Origin: Eubacteriales bacterium
GTDB lineage: Bacteria > Bacillota > Clostridia > Oscillospirales > JAAYXM01
Assembly (NCBI GenBank): GCA_045589235.1
Contig: JAZNOR010000071.1
Location: 1-63,936, forward strand
Length of the DNA stretch: 63,936 nt
Reading direction: 5' to 3'
In this document: piece by piece, positions 36,903 to 47,176 of the stretch
How the letters are laid out: each line of letters opens with the position of its first letter
How positions within the stretch are numbered: position 1 is the first letter of the stretch
Translations under genes and position numbers: made by a program
Notes under the pieces: model-generated
Seen by the model: only the letters and a program-made list of their open reading frames with translations
Database searches by the model: none
Told to the model about the DNA's origin: nothing

Positions 36903-36944
36903 TAAAAACAATAGTAGACGGGCTGCCACATTGGCAACCCGTCT
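36903..36944 (-). terminator. Strong hairpin (attenuator-type terminator) between the SCIFF peptide and maturase genes
   Basis: Minus strand agacgggttgcca-atg-tggcagcccgtct (13 bp including one G-U), then actattgTTTTT. Confidence 0.6.
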
Positions 36945-36959
36945 TTTTTGCAAGATTAA

Positions 36960-37103
36960 TTATTTCTTGTTCTCGCACTTCTGATTTGCAACTGTGCAAG
37001 AAGTCTTGCAAGCAGACTGGCAAGAGGTCTGGCACTCGCCGCAACCGCCCTTGCAAGCACTCTCTTTTAATACTGCGGAATTAATTGTTTTAACATGATT
37101 CAT
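36960..37103 (-). CDS. SCIFF (six-cysteine peptide) ranthipeptide precursor, 47 aa
   Basis: AAGGAGA RBS. MNHVKTINSAVLKESACKGGCGECQTSCQSACKTSCTVANQKCENKK. Not in the ORF track (too short). Confidence 0.9.
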   Translation of the reverse strand: MNHVKTINSAVLKESACKGGCGECQTSCQSACKTSCTVANQKCENKK

Positions 37104-37125
37104 AATCACATTCTCCTTTTGTTTA

Positions 37126-37533
37126 TTATTTTATTTTATGGCGACGCGGACGTATAACAGCAGCAGATAAACCGCCAAACACCGCACCGACCATATATGC
37201 AAGAATACAGAAAAGATTTAAATTTTGCGGAACAATTCGCATAAAAATTATAATTCCGGCAAAATATGCAAGCGCAATGTTAACTATCGCCTGAACGAGC
37301 GATGTAAGAAGCGCCCTGCCAATTGATTTCGACGATAAATATGCCGATACAGCAGAGCCAAAAAAACAAGACAACGACGTTAACATAGGTAAAGTTTTCT
37401 CCGAAAATGCTTGAGAAATTACCAAAAATGAAAACAGCAACATAAGTAAAATCGAAACAAAAATTCCAATTATACCCGAAAGAAAAACTGTTATCATAGG
37501 ATTTACCATTTTCTTATCATCAAATCTTTTCAA
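37126..37533 (-). CDS. YrzE/TIGR04086-like small 4-TM membrane protein
   Basis: Hydrophobic protein of about 125-135 aa. The TTG start at 37533 lies in the T-tract of the upstream terminator, so ATG 37509 or 37497 may be the real start. Confidence 0.55.
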   Translation of the reverse strand: MKRFDDKKMVNPMITVFLSGIIGIFVSILLMLLFSFLVISQAFSEKTLPMLTSLSCFFGSAVSAYLSSKSIGRALLTSLVQAIVNIALAYFAGIIIFMRIVPQNLNLFCILAYMVGAVFGGLSAAVIRPRRHKIK

Positions 37534-37577
37534 AAAACCATCCCCTTGAATAAGCTTTCATCAAATACTTATTCAAG
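37532..37577 (-). terminator. Terminator after yajC
   Basis: 10-bp stem cttgaataag/cttattcaag, then ggggatggTTTTTT on the minus strand. Confidence 0.65.
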
Positions 37578-37595
37578 AAAAATGAATTTAATGCA

Positions 37596-37964
37596 TTAAT
37601 TTAATCCATTTGACTCATCCAGCTTTTCTTCGACCTTATCTTCAACCTTTTCCTTTGTACCGATGGCCCAACGTGTAATGCGAAGCTTGACCCCGTCAGC
37701 ACCGGTTTCAATTGTAATGAGATCTTCTTTATCGTTAACATTTGTAACCTTACCAACGATACCACCGATAGTAGTAATCTTATCGCCTACTTTAAGTTCA
37801 TTTCTCATCGTATCAACTTCTTTTTTGCGTTTCTTTTCCGGACGAATAATAAAGAAATAGAACACAACAAAAATAAGAATGATCGGAAGAAATGCTGAAA
37901 TCATAGAACTACCTGACGTGACTTCAGTTGTTGCTTCACCTGTCAAAAAGAATAAATTCATCAT
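37596..37964 (-). CDS. yajC: Preprotein translocase subunit YajC
   Basis: Start ATG 37964 after GGAGGT. IRPEKKRKKE...GDKITTIGGIVGKV signature. Confidence 0.9.
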   Translation of the reverse strand: MMNLFFLTGEATTEVTSGSSMISAFLPIILIFVVFYFFIIRPEKKRKKEVDTMRNELKVGDKITTIGGIVGKVTNVNDKEDLITIETGADGVKLRITRWAIGTKEKVEDKVEEKLDESNGLN

Positions 37965-38033
37965 TTTAAAATTTACCTCCATAATCATTTAATAATATAA
38001 TAACCTATTGCGCCAAAAATTACAAGTATAATT

Positions 38034-39173
<1,140 letters not shown>

Positions 39174-39179
39174 TCACCT

Positions 39180-40199
39180 CTAGTAAATAAACATTGCATC
39201 TCCGAAACTGAAGAAGCGGTATTTTTCAGAAATTGCAGTATTGTAAGCGTTTAAAACATTTTCTCTTCCGGCGAGAGCAGAAACAAGCATTATAAGAGTG
39301 CTTTCCGGCAAATGAAAATTAGTGATCAAAGCATCAAGCACGTGGAATTTATATCCCGGATAAATAAAAATATCTGTCCAACCACTTTTTTTGATAAAAT
39401 CCCCATTTTCATCAGTTGCAGATTCTATTGTTCTGCAGGAAGTTGTACCAACAGCAACTACCCTGCCGCCGTTTTTCTTTGCATTTAATATTTTACCAAT
39501 ACTTTCATCCGATATTTCAAAATATTCGCTGTGCATCTTATGATTTAAAATATCATCTTCTTTAACTGGTCTGAATGTACCAAGACCGACGTGCAACGTA
39601 ACAAACGCTGTTTCTACGCCTTTTTCACGCAATGCTTCAAGAAGTTCTCTTGTGAAATGGAGTCCTGCCGTAGGTGCTGCCGCAGAGCCGATATTGCGCG
39701 AATAAACCGTTTGGTACCTTTCCGGGTCATTTAGTTGTTCGTGGATGTACGGCGGAAGCGGCATTTTTCCCAATTGCTCTAAAATTTCAAGGAAAATTCC
39801 ATCATAATGAAACTTTATGTGGCGATTTCCCTCTACTTCTGCCAAAACGGTTGCAGTAAGCAAACCATCTCCGAAAACAAGATTTGTTCCGGTACGTGTT
39901 TTTTTACCGGGTCGTGTCATACACTCCCACACTCCGTCGCCTAAATCGCGAAGTAGTAATACCTCAACTGCGCCACCGGTTTCACGCGCGCCGATAAGGC
40001 GCGCAGGAAGAACTCTGGAATCGTTAAGCACCAAACAATCTCCGGGACTTAACATATCCAGAATATCCGAAAAATGCTTATGCTCAGTTTTGCCGGTTTG
40101 TTTATTAAGCGTTAAAAGTCGCGAACTGTCGCGTTTATCAAGAGGAGTTTGTGCAATGAGCTCCTCTGGCAAATCAAAATAAAAATCACTTTTTCTCAT
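39180..40199 (-). CDS. queA: S-adenosylmethionine:tRNA ribosyltransferase-isomerase
   Basis: 339 aa. [15 protein letters not shown] and FFSFGDAM motifs. Confidence 0.97.
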   Translation of the reverse strand: MRKSDFYFDLPEELIAQTPLDKRDSSRLLTLNKQTGKTEHKHFSDILDMLSPGDCLVLNDSRVLPARLIGARETGGAVEVLLLRDLGDGVWECMTRPGKKTRTGTNLVFGDGLLTATVLAEVEGNRHIKFHYDGIFLEILEQLGKMPLPPYIHEQLNDPERYQTVYSRNIGSAAAPTAGLHFTRELLEALREKGVETAFVTLHVGLGTFRPVKEDDILNHKMHSEYFEISDESIGKILNAKKNGGRVVAVGTTSCRTIESATDENGDFIKKSGWTDIFIYPGYKFHVLDALITNFHLPESTLIMLVSALAGRENVLNAYNTAISEKYRFFSFGDAMFIY

Positions 40200-40210
40200 A
40201 ACATTCTTTC

Positions 40211-41866
40211 CTAATTCTCATTCGTTATAATAACATCAGTATAGTAAAAATGAATAATCTCTTTATAGTCTTTACCTAACTTTGCCATGTCTGCAGCGCC
40301 TTCCTGACTAAGTCCGACGTTATGCCCCCAACCTGTTCCGGAAATAACAAAGTTACCGTTGCCACCGGTGGGAACCTTTCCGGTAAGTGTCTTATTACCA
40401 TTACCAGTTGCAATAACAACAGCTGTACCTGAAATAGGACTTGTTCCATTTACGCCGATAGCCCAAAATTCACCATTTGATAAATCAGCACCTAAAGATC
40501 CGTTGATTAAAGCATTTATTCCGCCACCGGTCGCTCCTGCTCTTGTAATATTAAACCGTTGACTGTACGTGTATTTTTTAAGCGACGAGCTGTTTATAAT
40601 AGTTCTGGCACGTTCACGTTTAAACTCCCACTGCTTACCGTTTATATCAACAAAAACAGTGCGTAGAACATTGCCGAGCGGTGTATATTCAGCAACATAT
40701 GCATCGGTAATAAGTGCTGCTGAATATCCTTTTGCATTTAATATATCGGTAAGCTCCTGAGGAGTATATTCAAAAGACCAAACTCCATTTGATGCATTTG
40801 CAGTATCCTCATAAGGGTCAACCTTACCTTTCAGATATGCAATCTCACTTCCCCAAACATTTTTGGCATCTTCAGTTGCACCGCCGTCGCACGAATGGAA
40901 CACAGCATTTATCGGTCTGCCGTTATATAAAATATATTGCCCAAAAGTTTCGTCAACCGCGCGGTTTGTGTTGTCATTAGCGCGCTCCATACCTTTATAC
41001 GCCTGACAATGTGTGCCGGCACAAATGTCAAATTCAGAACCGTGCTTTCCGATGTGATAGTAAGCGTAGGTACGCGCACATAAAGCTTGAGCTTTTAACG
41101 CTTCAAGCGGATCACTCGGATACATTTCCCACGGCAAAACGCCTTTTAAATAATCCTGCATAGGAACAACATTTACAACGGTTATATCTCCACCGTTGCG
41201 GACATATTCAAAGGCACCATTAAATTTCATACCTTTAAACCATGTTAGCGGCATAGTGACTTCACCTTGTGTCGGATTAACAGCAAGAGACGAATATGTA
41301 CCACCATCGTACTCAAAAAGAATATTGCCCGTTGTCGTGTCATAAACCGAAACACCTGTTTTTGAACCGCCAACAACAATTCCGCCAATTTGCGCACGCA
41401 AGCTTTCAGCTTCGCTTATTGATGCAAATGCTCCCAGACGCACGCGATATGTGCCGCTTATATACGCAATAAATCCTGTATAACCTTGCGACTTAAAATC
41501 CGAGAGAGAACTCTCAGCGGATTGTATGTCTGTAAATTGAGTTGAAACCTCAACATGATATGCACCCAAAAACTTAGCTCCGGTAGGCGCATTTGATACA
41601 TAAAATTTATTATCGGCATACCACATGTTCTGATCGTTGGTCATTGTTATTTTCCCAACATTTGTAGAAAAAAGCTTTATGAATGTCCGTTCGCTGTCGT
41701 GAAAACCTAAGCGGTATCCAACACCATTTGTAACCTGCAAATTGGCACTAGGCATGGCATCTTCTGCATAATAGAGCCCTACTCTGAGAATTGGATTTTC
41801 CTCAGATGCAAAGCTAACTGTGCAAAATATAACAATAAAGAATATAAAAGCAAGTATTTTCTTCAT
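40211..41866 (-). CDS. SpoIID/LytB domain protein with an N-terminal SPOR-like domain
   Basis: Signal peptide from ATG 41866. SPOR-like YRVRLGAF segment. SpoIID core [10 protein letters not shown]...[13 protein letters not shown]...CAGTHCQAY. Confidence 0.75.
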   Translation of the reverse strand: MKKILAFIFFIVIFCTVSFASEENPILRVGLYYAEDAMPSANLQVTNGVGYRLGFHDSERTFIKLFSTNVGKITMTNDQNMWYADNKFYVSNAPTGAKFLGAYHVEVSTQFTDIQSAESSLSDFKSQGYTGFIAYISGTYRVRLGAFASISEAESLRAQIGGIVVGGSKTGVSVYDTTTGNILFEYDGGTYSSLAVNPTQGEVTMPLTWFKGMKFNGAFEYVRNGGDITVVNVVPMQDYLKGVLPWEMYPSDPLEALKAQALCARTYAYYHIGKHGSEFDICAGTHCQAYKGMERANDNTNRAVDETFGQYILYNGRPINAVFHSCDGGATEDAKNVWGSEIAYLKGKVDPYEDTANASNGVWSFEYTPQELTDILNAKGYSAALITDAYVAEYTPLGNVLRTVFVDINGKQWEFKRERARTIINSSSLKKYTYSQRFNITRAGATGGGINALINGSLGADLSNGEFWAIGVNGTSPISGTAVVIATGNGNKTLTGKVPTGGNGNFVISGTGWGHNVGLSQEGAADMAKLGKDYKEIIHFYYTDVIITNEN

Positions 41867-41896
41867 TTTACACAATCTCCTTATAGCCAAATATTA

Positions 41897-41925
41897 TTGA
41901 CATAGTCGCGCCAAAGTGGTATTAT
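41897..41925 (+). promoter_or_regulatory. Sigma-A promoter driving the L-box leader
   Basis: TTGACA, 17-nt spacer, TATTAT. Confidence 0.6.
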
Positions 41926-41935
41926 AAATATAATC

Positions 41936-42096
41936 TAATAAGAGATAGAGGCGCGAGAATCATCAGTAAAAGCACCGAGAGCACCGACGGCTTTGTGACC
42001 TGCTTTGAAAGGGGTAATCGCCGAAGAGGAATGTGTCTCGGCCATATTCACTCTGGTTGCACGGTGAATTAATCTTGCAACTGTCATCACTAATTA
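41936..42096 (+). promoter_or_regulatory. Lysine riboswitch (L-box) aptamer
   Basis: AGAGGCGC...AGTA...GAAAGGGG..TCGCCGAAG...CTGG..GCACGGTGAATTAA...ACTGTCA core elements in the canonical order. P1 is taataagaga/tcactaatta. Lies upstream of asd-dapA-dapB. Confidence 0.85.
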
Positions 42097-42160
42097 TGAT
42101 GAAGAGTTATCCGTTTTATGTAATTTGTATTCGACATCTTAGTATATTATATTACAAAAA

Positions 42161-42190
42161 CGGTCGGTTTTTCAACCGACTTTTTTATTT
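42161..42190 (+). terminator. Riboswitch expression-platform terminator
   Basis: gtcggtt-tttc-aaccgac stem followed by TTTTTT. Confidence 0.65.
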
Positions 42191-42305
42191 TTAACATAAT
42201 TGAAACATTTCTCTTTTGATTTGCATATAATTAAATGCTTACTTTTTGCAATAACACACAAATGTGTTAAATTTTATAGAATATTAAAACCCGGAGGTAT
42301 TAAAT

Positions 42306-43385
42306 ATGAAAAAATACAATGTTGGAATTGTTGGTGGAACAGGTATGGTAGGTCAGCGTTTTGCTACTTTACTTGAGAATCACCCGTGGTTTACCGTCAA
42401 AGCTATCGCTGCTTCTTCACGCAGTGCAGGAAAAACTTACAAAGAGGCTGTTGGTGACCGTTGGGCTATGGCAACTCCCATGCCCGAAAACATGAAGGAT
42501 ATCATCGTTATGGATGCAAGTGCAGATGTTGAAAAGATCGCATCAATGGTTGATTTTGTATTTTGTGCAGTTGATATGAAAAAAGATGAACTTCGTGAGC
42601 TTGAAGAGCGTTATGCTAAAGCTGAATGCCCTGTTGTTTCCAATAACAGCGCACATCGCGCAACACCTGATGTTCCGATGATTATTCCGGAAATCAACGC
42701 AAATCATGCCGAAATCATTCCTGCTCAGCGCAAGCGTCTTGGCACGAAGCGCGGATTTATCGCAGTTAAGTCAAACTGTTCGCTCCAAAGCTATGTACCG
42801 GCACTCCATCCGCTTATGGATCTTGGCATTACAAAAGCACTTGCTTGCACAAATCAGGCAATTTCGGGCGCAGGTAAAACATTTGAAAGATGGCCAGAAA
42901 TGGTTGATAATGTTATCCCCTACATCGGTGGCGAAGAAGAAAAATCCGAAAATGAGCCACTCAAAATTTGGGGTACAATTGATGGTGATAAAATTGTTAA
43001 CGCTACTTCCCCGTCAATCACAGCGCAGTGCTTACGTGTTCCTGTAAGTGACGGACATATGGCTGCAGTGTTTGCATCGTTTGATAAAAAGATTTCGCTC
43101 GACGAAATCATTTCCCGTTGGGAAAATTACAAAGGCCGTCCGCAGGAATTGAATCTTCCGACTGCTCCGAAGCAGTTCTTGCACTACTTTACCGAAAATG
43201 ATCGCCCGCAGACCAAGAGCGAGCGCAATTTAGAAAACGGTATGGCTGTTTCAATTGGCCGCCTTCGTGAAGATACTCAGTATGACATCAAATTTGTATG
43301 TCTTTCACATAACACATTACGCGGTGCTGCAGGCGGTGCAGTCCTCGTTGCTGAACTTCTCTGCGCAGAAGGCTATATTGACTAA
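42306..43385 (+). CDS. asd: Aspartate-semialdehyde dehydrogenase
   Basis: 359 aa. VGIVGGTGMVGQ NADP fold, active-site SNCS, HNTLRGAAG. Confidence 0.93.
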   Translation: MKKYNVGIVGGTGMVGQRFATLLENHPWFTVKAIAASSRSAGKTYKEAVGDRWAMATPMPENMKDIIVMDASADVEKIASMVDFVFCAVDMKKDELRELEERYAKAECPVVSNNSAHRATPDVPMIIPEINANHAEIIPAQRKRLGTKRGFIAVKSNCSLQSYVPALHPLMDLGITKALACTNQAISGAGKTFERWPEMVDNVIPYIGGEEEKSENEPLKIWGTIDGDKIVNATSPSITAQCLRVPVSDGHMAAVFASFDKKISLDEIISRWENYKGRPQELNLPTAPKQFLHYFTENDRPQTKSERNLENGMAVSIGRLREDTQYDIKFVCLSHNTLRGAAGGAVLVAELLCAEGYID

Positions 43386-43409
43386 TTTACTTAGAAAGGA
43401 TTGTTTTGT

Positions 43410-44300
43410 ATGAAAACTCCTGTTTTTACCGGCGCAAACGTTGCTATTGTAACCCCGTTTACCGATAATAAAATTGATTTCGAGCGTTTTGGAAAACTCA
43501 TCGATTTCCAGATAGATAACGGTATTAATGCAATTACTGTTTGCGGAACAACCGGCGAGTCTCCGACGTTAAATCACGAAGAACACTGCTCTGCTATTGA
43601 GTATTGTGTTAAAAAAGTCGCAGGTCGCGTTCCTGTTATCGCAGGAACCGGCAGTAACGACACTTCTTATGCTCTTGAACTTTCGAAAGTAGCCGAAGGG
43701 CTTGGTGCTGATGGCCTCCTTATGGTAACTCCGTACTATAATAAGACTACTCAGCGCGGTTTGGTTAAGCATTACAATTATGTTGCTGACCGTGTAAATA
43801 TTCCGATTATACTCTATAATGTTCCGTCACGTACAGGAATTTCAATTGCCGCTGATACTTATGTTGAGCTTTCAAAACATCCTAACATCAATGGTGTAAA
43901 AGAAGCGAGTGGTAATTTCTCACTTATGGCTGAAATTATGTCAAAGTGCGGCGACAACTTTAATATGTGGTCAGGCAATGATGATCAGACTGTTCCGATG
44001 CTTGCACTAGGTGCCAAGGGCGTTATCTCCGTTTTTGCAAATGTCCTTCCGGATGTAATGTCTAAAATCTGCAAACTTTTCTTTGAAGGCAAAGTTAAAG
44101 AGAGCAACGAATTAGCTCTTCGCTACTTTGATTTAATGGATCGTTTATTTATCGAAGTAAACCCAATTCCTGTTAAAGCTGCTCTCAAGCTTATGGGCCT
44201 TGATAATGGTGAGCTTCGCCTTCCGCTCTGTGAAATCTCTGATGCTAACCTTGCTGTTCTTAAAAAGACGATGCAGGATGCAGGTGTTACACTGGCATAA
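43410..44300 (+). CDS. dapA: 4-hydroxy-tetrahydrodipicolinate synthase
   Basis: Start ATG 43410. GTTGES, YNVPSRTG, and KEAS (Schiff-base Lys). Confidence 0.95.
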   Translation: MKTPVFTGANVAIVTPFTDNKIDFERFGKLIDFQIDNGINAITVCGTTGESPTLNHEEHCSAIEYCVKKVAGRVPVIAGTGSNDTSYALELSKVAEGLGADGLLMVTPYYNKTTQRGLVKHYNYVADRVNIPIILYNVPSRTGISIAADTYVELSKHPNINGVKEASGNFSLMAEIMSKCGDNFNMWSGNDDQTVPMLALGAKGVISVFANVLPDVMSKICKLFFEGKVKESNELALRYFDLMDRLFIEVNPIPVKAALKLMGLDNGELRLPLCEISDANLAVLKKTMQDAGVTLA

Positions 44301-44318
44301 TTTAAAGGAAGTGTACTT

Positions 44319-45086
44319 ATGATAAAAATATTGTTATCGGGCTGCAACGGTCGCATGGGGCGTGCTATATGCGATATTTGCTCTAAACGCGATGATTTAA
44401 AAATTGTTGCAGGTCTTGATTTAAATACTGTGCAGTTGTCTGACTTCCCTGTTTATGATGACATTACCAAAATCACAGAAGAGTGCGATGTAGTTATAGA
44501 CTTTTCAAACCCTCAGCTTTTAAAGTCACTCCTATCTTATTGCACAGACAAAAAGCTTCCGGTCGTTATATCAACAACAGGTCACTCCGAAACTCAACTT
44601 GCAGAAATTAATGCAGCTTCAAAGCAGATTGCAATATTCCGTTCAGGAAATATGTCACTTGGCATAAATGTTCTTTTAATGCTCATTGAAAAGGCATCTG
44701 CAATTTTGGGCGAAACATTTGATGTTGAGGTTATTGAGAAGCACCACAATCAAAAGGTTGATGCTCCAAGCGGCACTGCACTTATGATTGCAGACAGATT
44801 AAAGGAGTCACTGCCATATGATGCAAAATACGTCTACGACCGCCACAATGTACGTCAAAAACGCGATAGGCGCGAGATTGGTATTCATTCAATTCGCGGT
44901 GGCACAATAGTTGGTGAACACGAAGTTATTTTTGCAGGTCGAGATGAAGTAATTGAAATAAAACATTCGGCAGGCTCGCGCGAAGTGTTTGCAGCAGGCG
45001 CTGTTAAAGCAGCAGCTTTTCTTGCAGATTGCAATTCGCCGGGAATGTATAATATGGACGACTTGGTTGAAAAACTTGTTAAATAA
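44319..45086 (+). CDS. dapB: 4-hydroxy-tetrahydrodipicolinate reductase
   Basis: 255 aa. GCNGRMG and EKHHNQKVDAPSGTA signatures. Confidence 0.93.
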   Translation: MIKILLSGCNGRMGRAICDICSKRDDLKIVAGLDLNTVQLSDFPVYDDITKITEECDVVIDFSNPQLLKSLLSYCTDKKLPVVISTTGHSETQLAEINAASKQIAIFRSGNMSLGINVLLMLIEKASAILGETFDVEVIEKHHNQKVDAPSGTALMIADRLKESLPYDAKYVYDRHNVRQKRDRREIGIHSIRGGTIVGEHEVIFAGRDEVIEIKHSAGSREVFAAGAVKAAAFLADCNSPGMYNMDDLVEKLVK

Positions 45087-45089
45087 CAA

Positions 45090-45122
45090 AATTCCCCGAA
45101 GATTAAACATCTTCGGGGAATT
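45090..45122. terminator. Bidirectional terminator between dapB and ispH-S1
   Basis: 14-bp stem aattccccgaagat/atcttcggggaatt. Confidence 0.8.
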
Positions 45123-45139
45123 AATTTTTATGTTCTTAA

Positions 45140-47176
45140 TTATTCAGCATCTGCTTCCTCAGCAACAACTACCTCGCCATCTTCACTTGCAGAAGCAACA
45201 ATTTCGTCTTCGCCTTCGCGAACTTCCGGCTCAGCTGAAACGTCCTCCCCTTCAATGAGAGCGCGCATTGAGAGAGAAATCTTTTTATTCTCTTCATCAA
45301 TACCGATAATCTTAACCTGAACCTGCTGGCCTTCGCTCAATACATCGCGCGGATTAGCAATTCTGGTGTTGCTAATCTGTGAAATATGAATTAAGCCGTC
45401 AACACCCGGGAGAATCTCAGCAAATGCACCAAACGGCATAAGCTTAACGATTTTAGCATCAGCAACATCGTCAACCTTATAGTTTGTAGTAAACTTAACC
45501 CAAGGATTATCTTCTGCCTTCTTGTATCCGAGAGAAATTTTCTTCTTTTCAGTATCAAGGGCAAGAACAAATACATCAACGATATCTCCAACCTTGAACA
45601 TTTCTGACGGATGACCGATACGAGTCCATGACATTTCTGAAACGTGAACCATACCGTCAACACCGCCGATGTCAACAAAAGCACCGTAAGATGCAAGGGA
45701 TTTAACTACACCCTTATATGCCTTGCCTACTTCGATTTCACTCCAAATCTTTTCTGCAGCAGCACGGCGCTCAGCGCGGAGAACGCTTGCGATAGAACCA
45801 ACGATTCTTCTACGCGGTCTGTTGACTTCAGAAATCTTAAGAGAAACTTTCTTTTTCATCATTTCGTTGAGATCAGCCTCGCGCGGAAGACCTGTCTGAG
45901 ATGCCGGTACAAATACACGAACACCCTTGACTGATACCATAACGCCGCCCTTATTAACCTCAGTAACAATACCTTCAACAACGGTTTCGTCCTGACGTGC
46001 AGCCTCAATTTCATCCCAGTATTTAACAGCATCTAAGCGACGCTTTGAAAGGGTTGCAACACCCTCAACATCGTTTACGCGAACGACAATTACTTCGATT
46101 TCATCACCAATTTTAACGATGTCTTCAATCTTAACACTCGGGTCATCACTGACTTCTGCAACGGGAATGAAACCAGCGTGCTTTGTACCAAGGTCTACGC
46201 AAACTTCAGTCGGCGTAATACCGGTAACTATACCTGTAACCTTATCTCCTGTATTTAAAGTTTTGAGAGATGCCTCTAACATTTCCTCAAAGGACATACC
46301 CTCAGCATTGTTGATTTCGTTTGTGATTTGCTCACTCATCTTGTTTTCTACCTCCTTAATTATCCAATCGGGTGTAGAAGCGCCTGCAGTAATGCCTACA
46401 CGATCATACTCTGCAACTTTTTCCAAAGAAAGCTCAGTTAAGTCTTCAATGTGAAACACGTTCTGACACCCGTTCTGACAGATGTTCACAAGACCTTTTG
46501 TGTTAGAGCTTGTCTTATCCCCGATTACTATCATAGCATCAGACTCAATTGATAGCTCATAAGCCTCATTTTGTCTTTTACTAGTAGCAAAACATATTGT
46601 ATCAAATATTTTGCAGTTTGTACATTGTTTTTTTAAAATTTTAATACAATTTTCCCAAAAACTTCTCCCAATCGTTGTTTGTGCTACGACAGAAATATGC
46701 ATTTTTTTAAAGTTTGGATTTTGCAAAATGTAGTTATTTATGTCACTTTCATTCTCAAAAACAAGTGCTTTTTTACACTGACCGGCTATTCCGCAAACTT
46801 CAGGGTGTGTTTTGTTTCCAATAACAACAACTTGCCTGCCCTCATCTTCGTTTGTTTTAACAATTTTGTGAATTTTTTCCACATATGGACATGTTGCATC
46901 TACAAAAGGTATTTTTCTGACATTCAGTTCATCTATAATCCCAGCCGCAACACCATGCGAACGAATAATTGCAGTAGCGCCTTGTGGCACCACGTCAACA
47001 GAATCAACACAACTGACCCCAAGTTTTTTAAGGTGTTCAACAACATGTGAATTGTGAATTATAGGACCCAAAGTAACTGCGTTAACGCCTTTTTTTCCTA
47101 AATCTTCCGCAAGCTCAACAGCTCGTCTTACACCAAAGCAGAAACCTGCAGATGCAGCTCTTTTTACTTCACGCAT
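45140..47176 (-). CDS. ispH: Bifunctional HMBPP reductase (IspH/LytB) fused to ribosomal protein S1-like repeats
   Basis: 678 aa. N-terminal GFCFGVRRAV...IHN..V (IspH), then four S1 OB repeats and an acidic tail. A known clostridial fusion. Confidence 0.9.
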   Translation of the reverse strand: MREVKRAASAGFCFGVRRAVELAEDLGKKGVNAVTLGPIIHNSHVVEHLKKLGVSCVDSVDVVPQGATAIIRSHGVAAGIIDELNVRKIPFVDATCPYVEKIHKIVKTNEDEGRQVVVIGNKTHPEVCGIAGQCKKALVFENESDINNYILQNPNFKKMHISVVAQTTIGRSFWENCIKILKKQCTNCKIFDTICFATSKRQNEAYELSIESDAMIVIGDKTSSNTKGLVNICQNGCQNVFHIEDLTELSLEKVAEYDRVGITAGASTPDWIIKEVENKMSEQITNEINNAEGMSFEEMLEASLKTLNTGDKVTGIVTGITPTEVCVDLGTKHAGFIPVAEVSDDPSVKIEDIVKIGDEIEVIVVRVNDVEGVATLSKRRLDAVKYWDEIEAARQDETVVEGIVTEVNKGGVMVSVKGVRVFVPASQTGLPREADLNEMMKKKVSLKISEVNRPRRRIVGSIASVLRAERRAAAEKIWSEIEVGKAYKGVVKSLASYGAFVDIGGVDGMVHVSEMSWTRIGHPSEMFKVGDIVDVFVLALDTEKKKISLGYKKAEDNPWVKFTTNYKVDDVADAKIVKLMPFGAFAEILPGVDGLIHISQISNTRIANPRDVLSEGQQVQVKIIGIDEENKKISLSMRALIEGEDVSAEPEVREGEDEIVASASEDGEVVVAEEADAE

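Noticed and set aside
35527-37056. The ORF-track version of the radical SAM gene (509 aa, starting MQGRLRRVPDLL...)
   Set aside because: The first 56 codons have no RBS. They run through a 13-bp terminator-like hairpin and overlap the SCIFF peptide gene in another frame. The conserved maturase N-terminus begins at the ATG at 36888, which has a GAGGA RBS.
42130-42136. Exact reverse 0A box (TTCGACA) in the L-box expression platform
   Set aside because: A single 7-mer is expected several times by chance in 64 kb. It has no partner site or palindrome, unlike the cluster upstream of nrdR.
45140-47176. IspH fused to four S1 repeats as a novel fusion
   Set aside because: It is real in the sequence (one uninterrupted 678-aa frame). 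However, this bifunctional IspH/S1 architecture is a well-known clostridial feature, so it is not novel.
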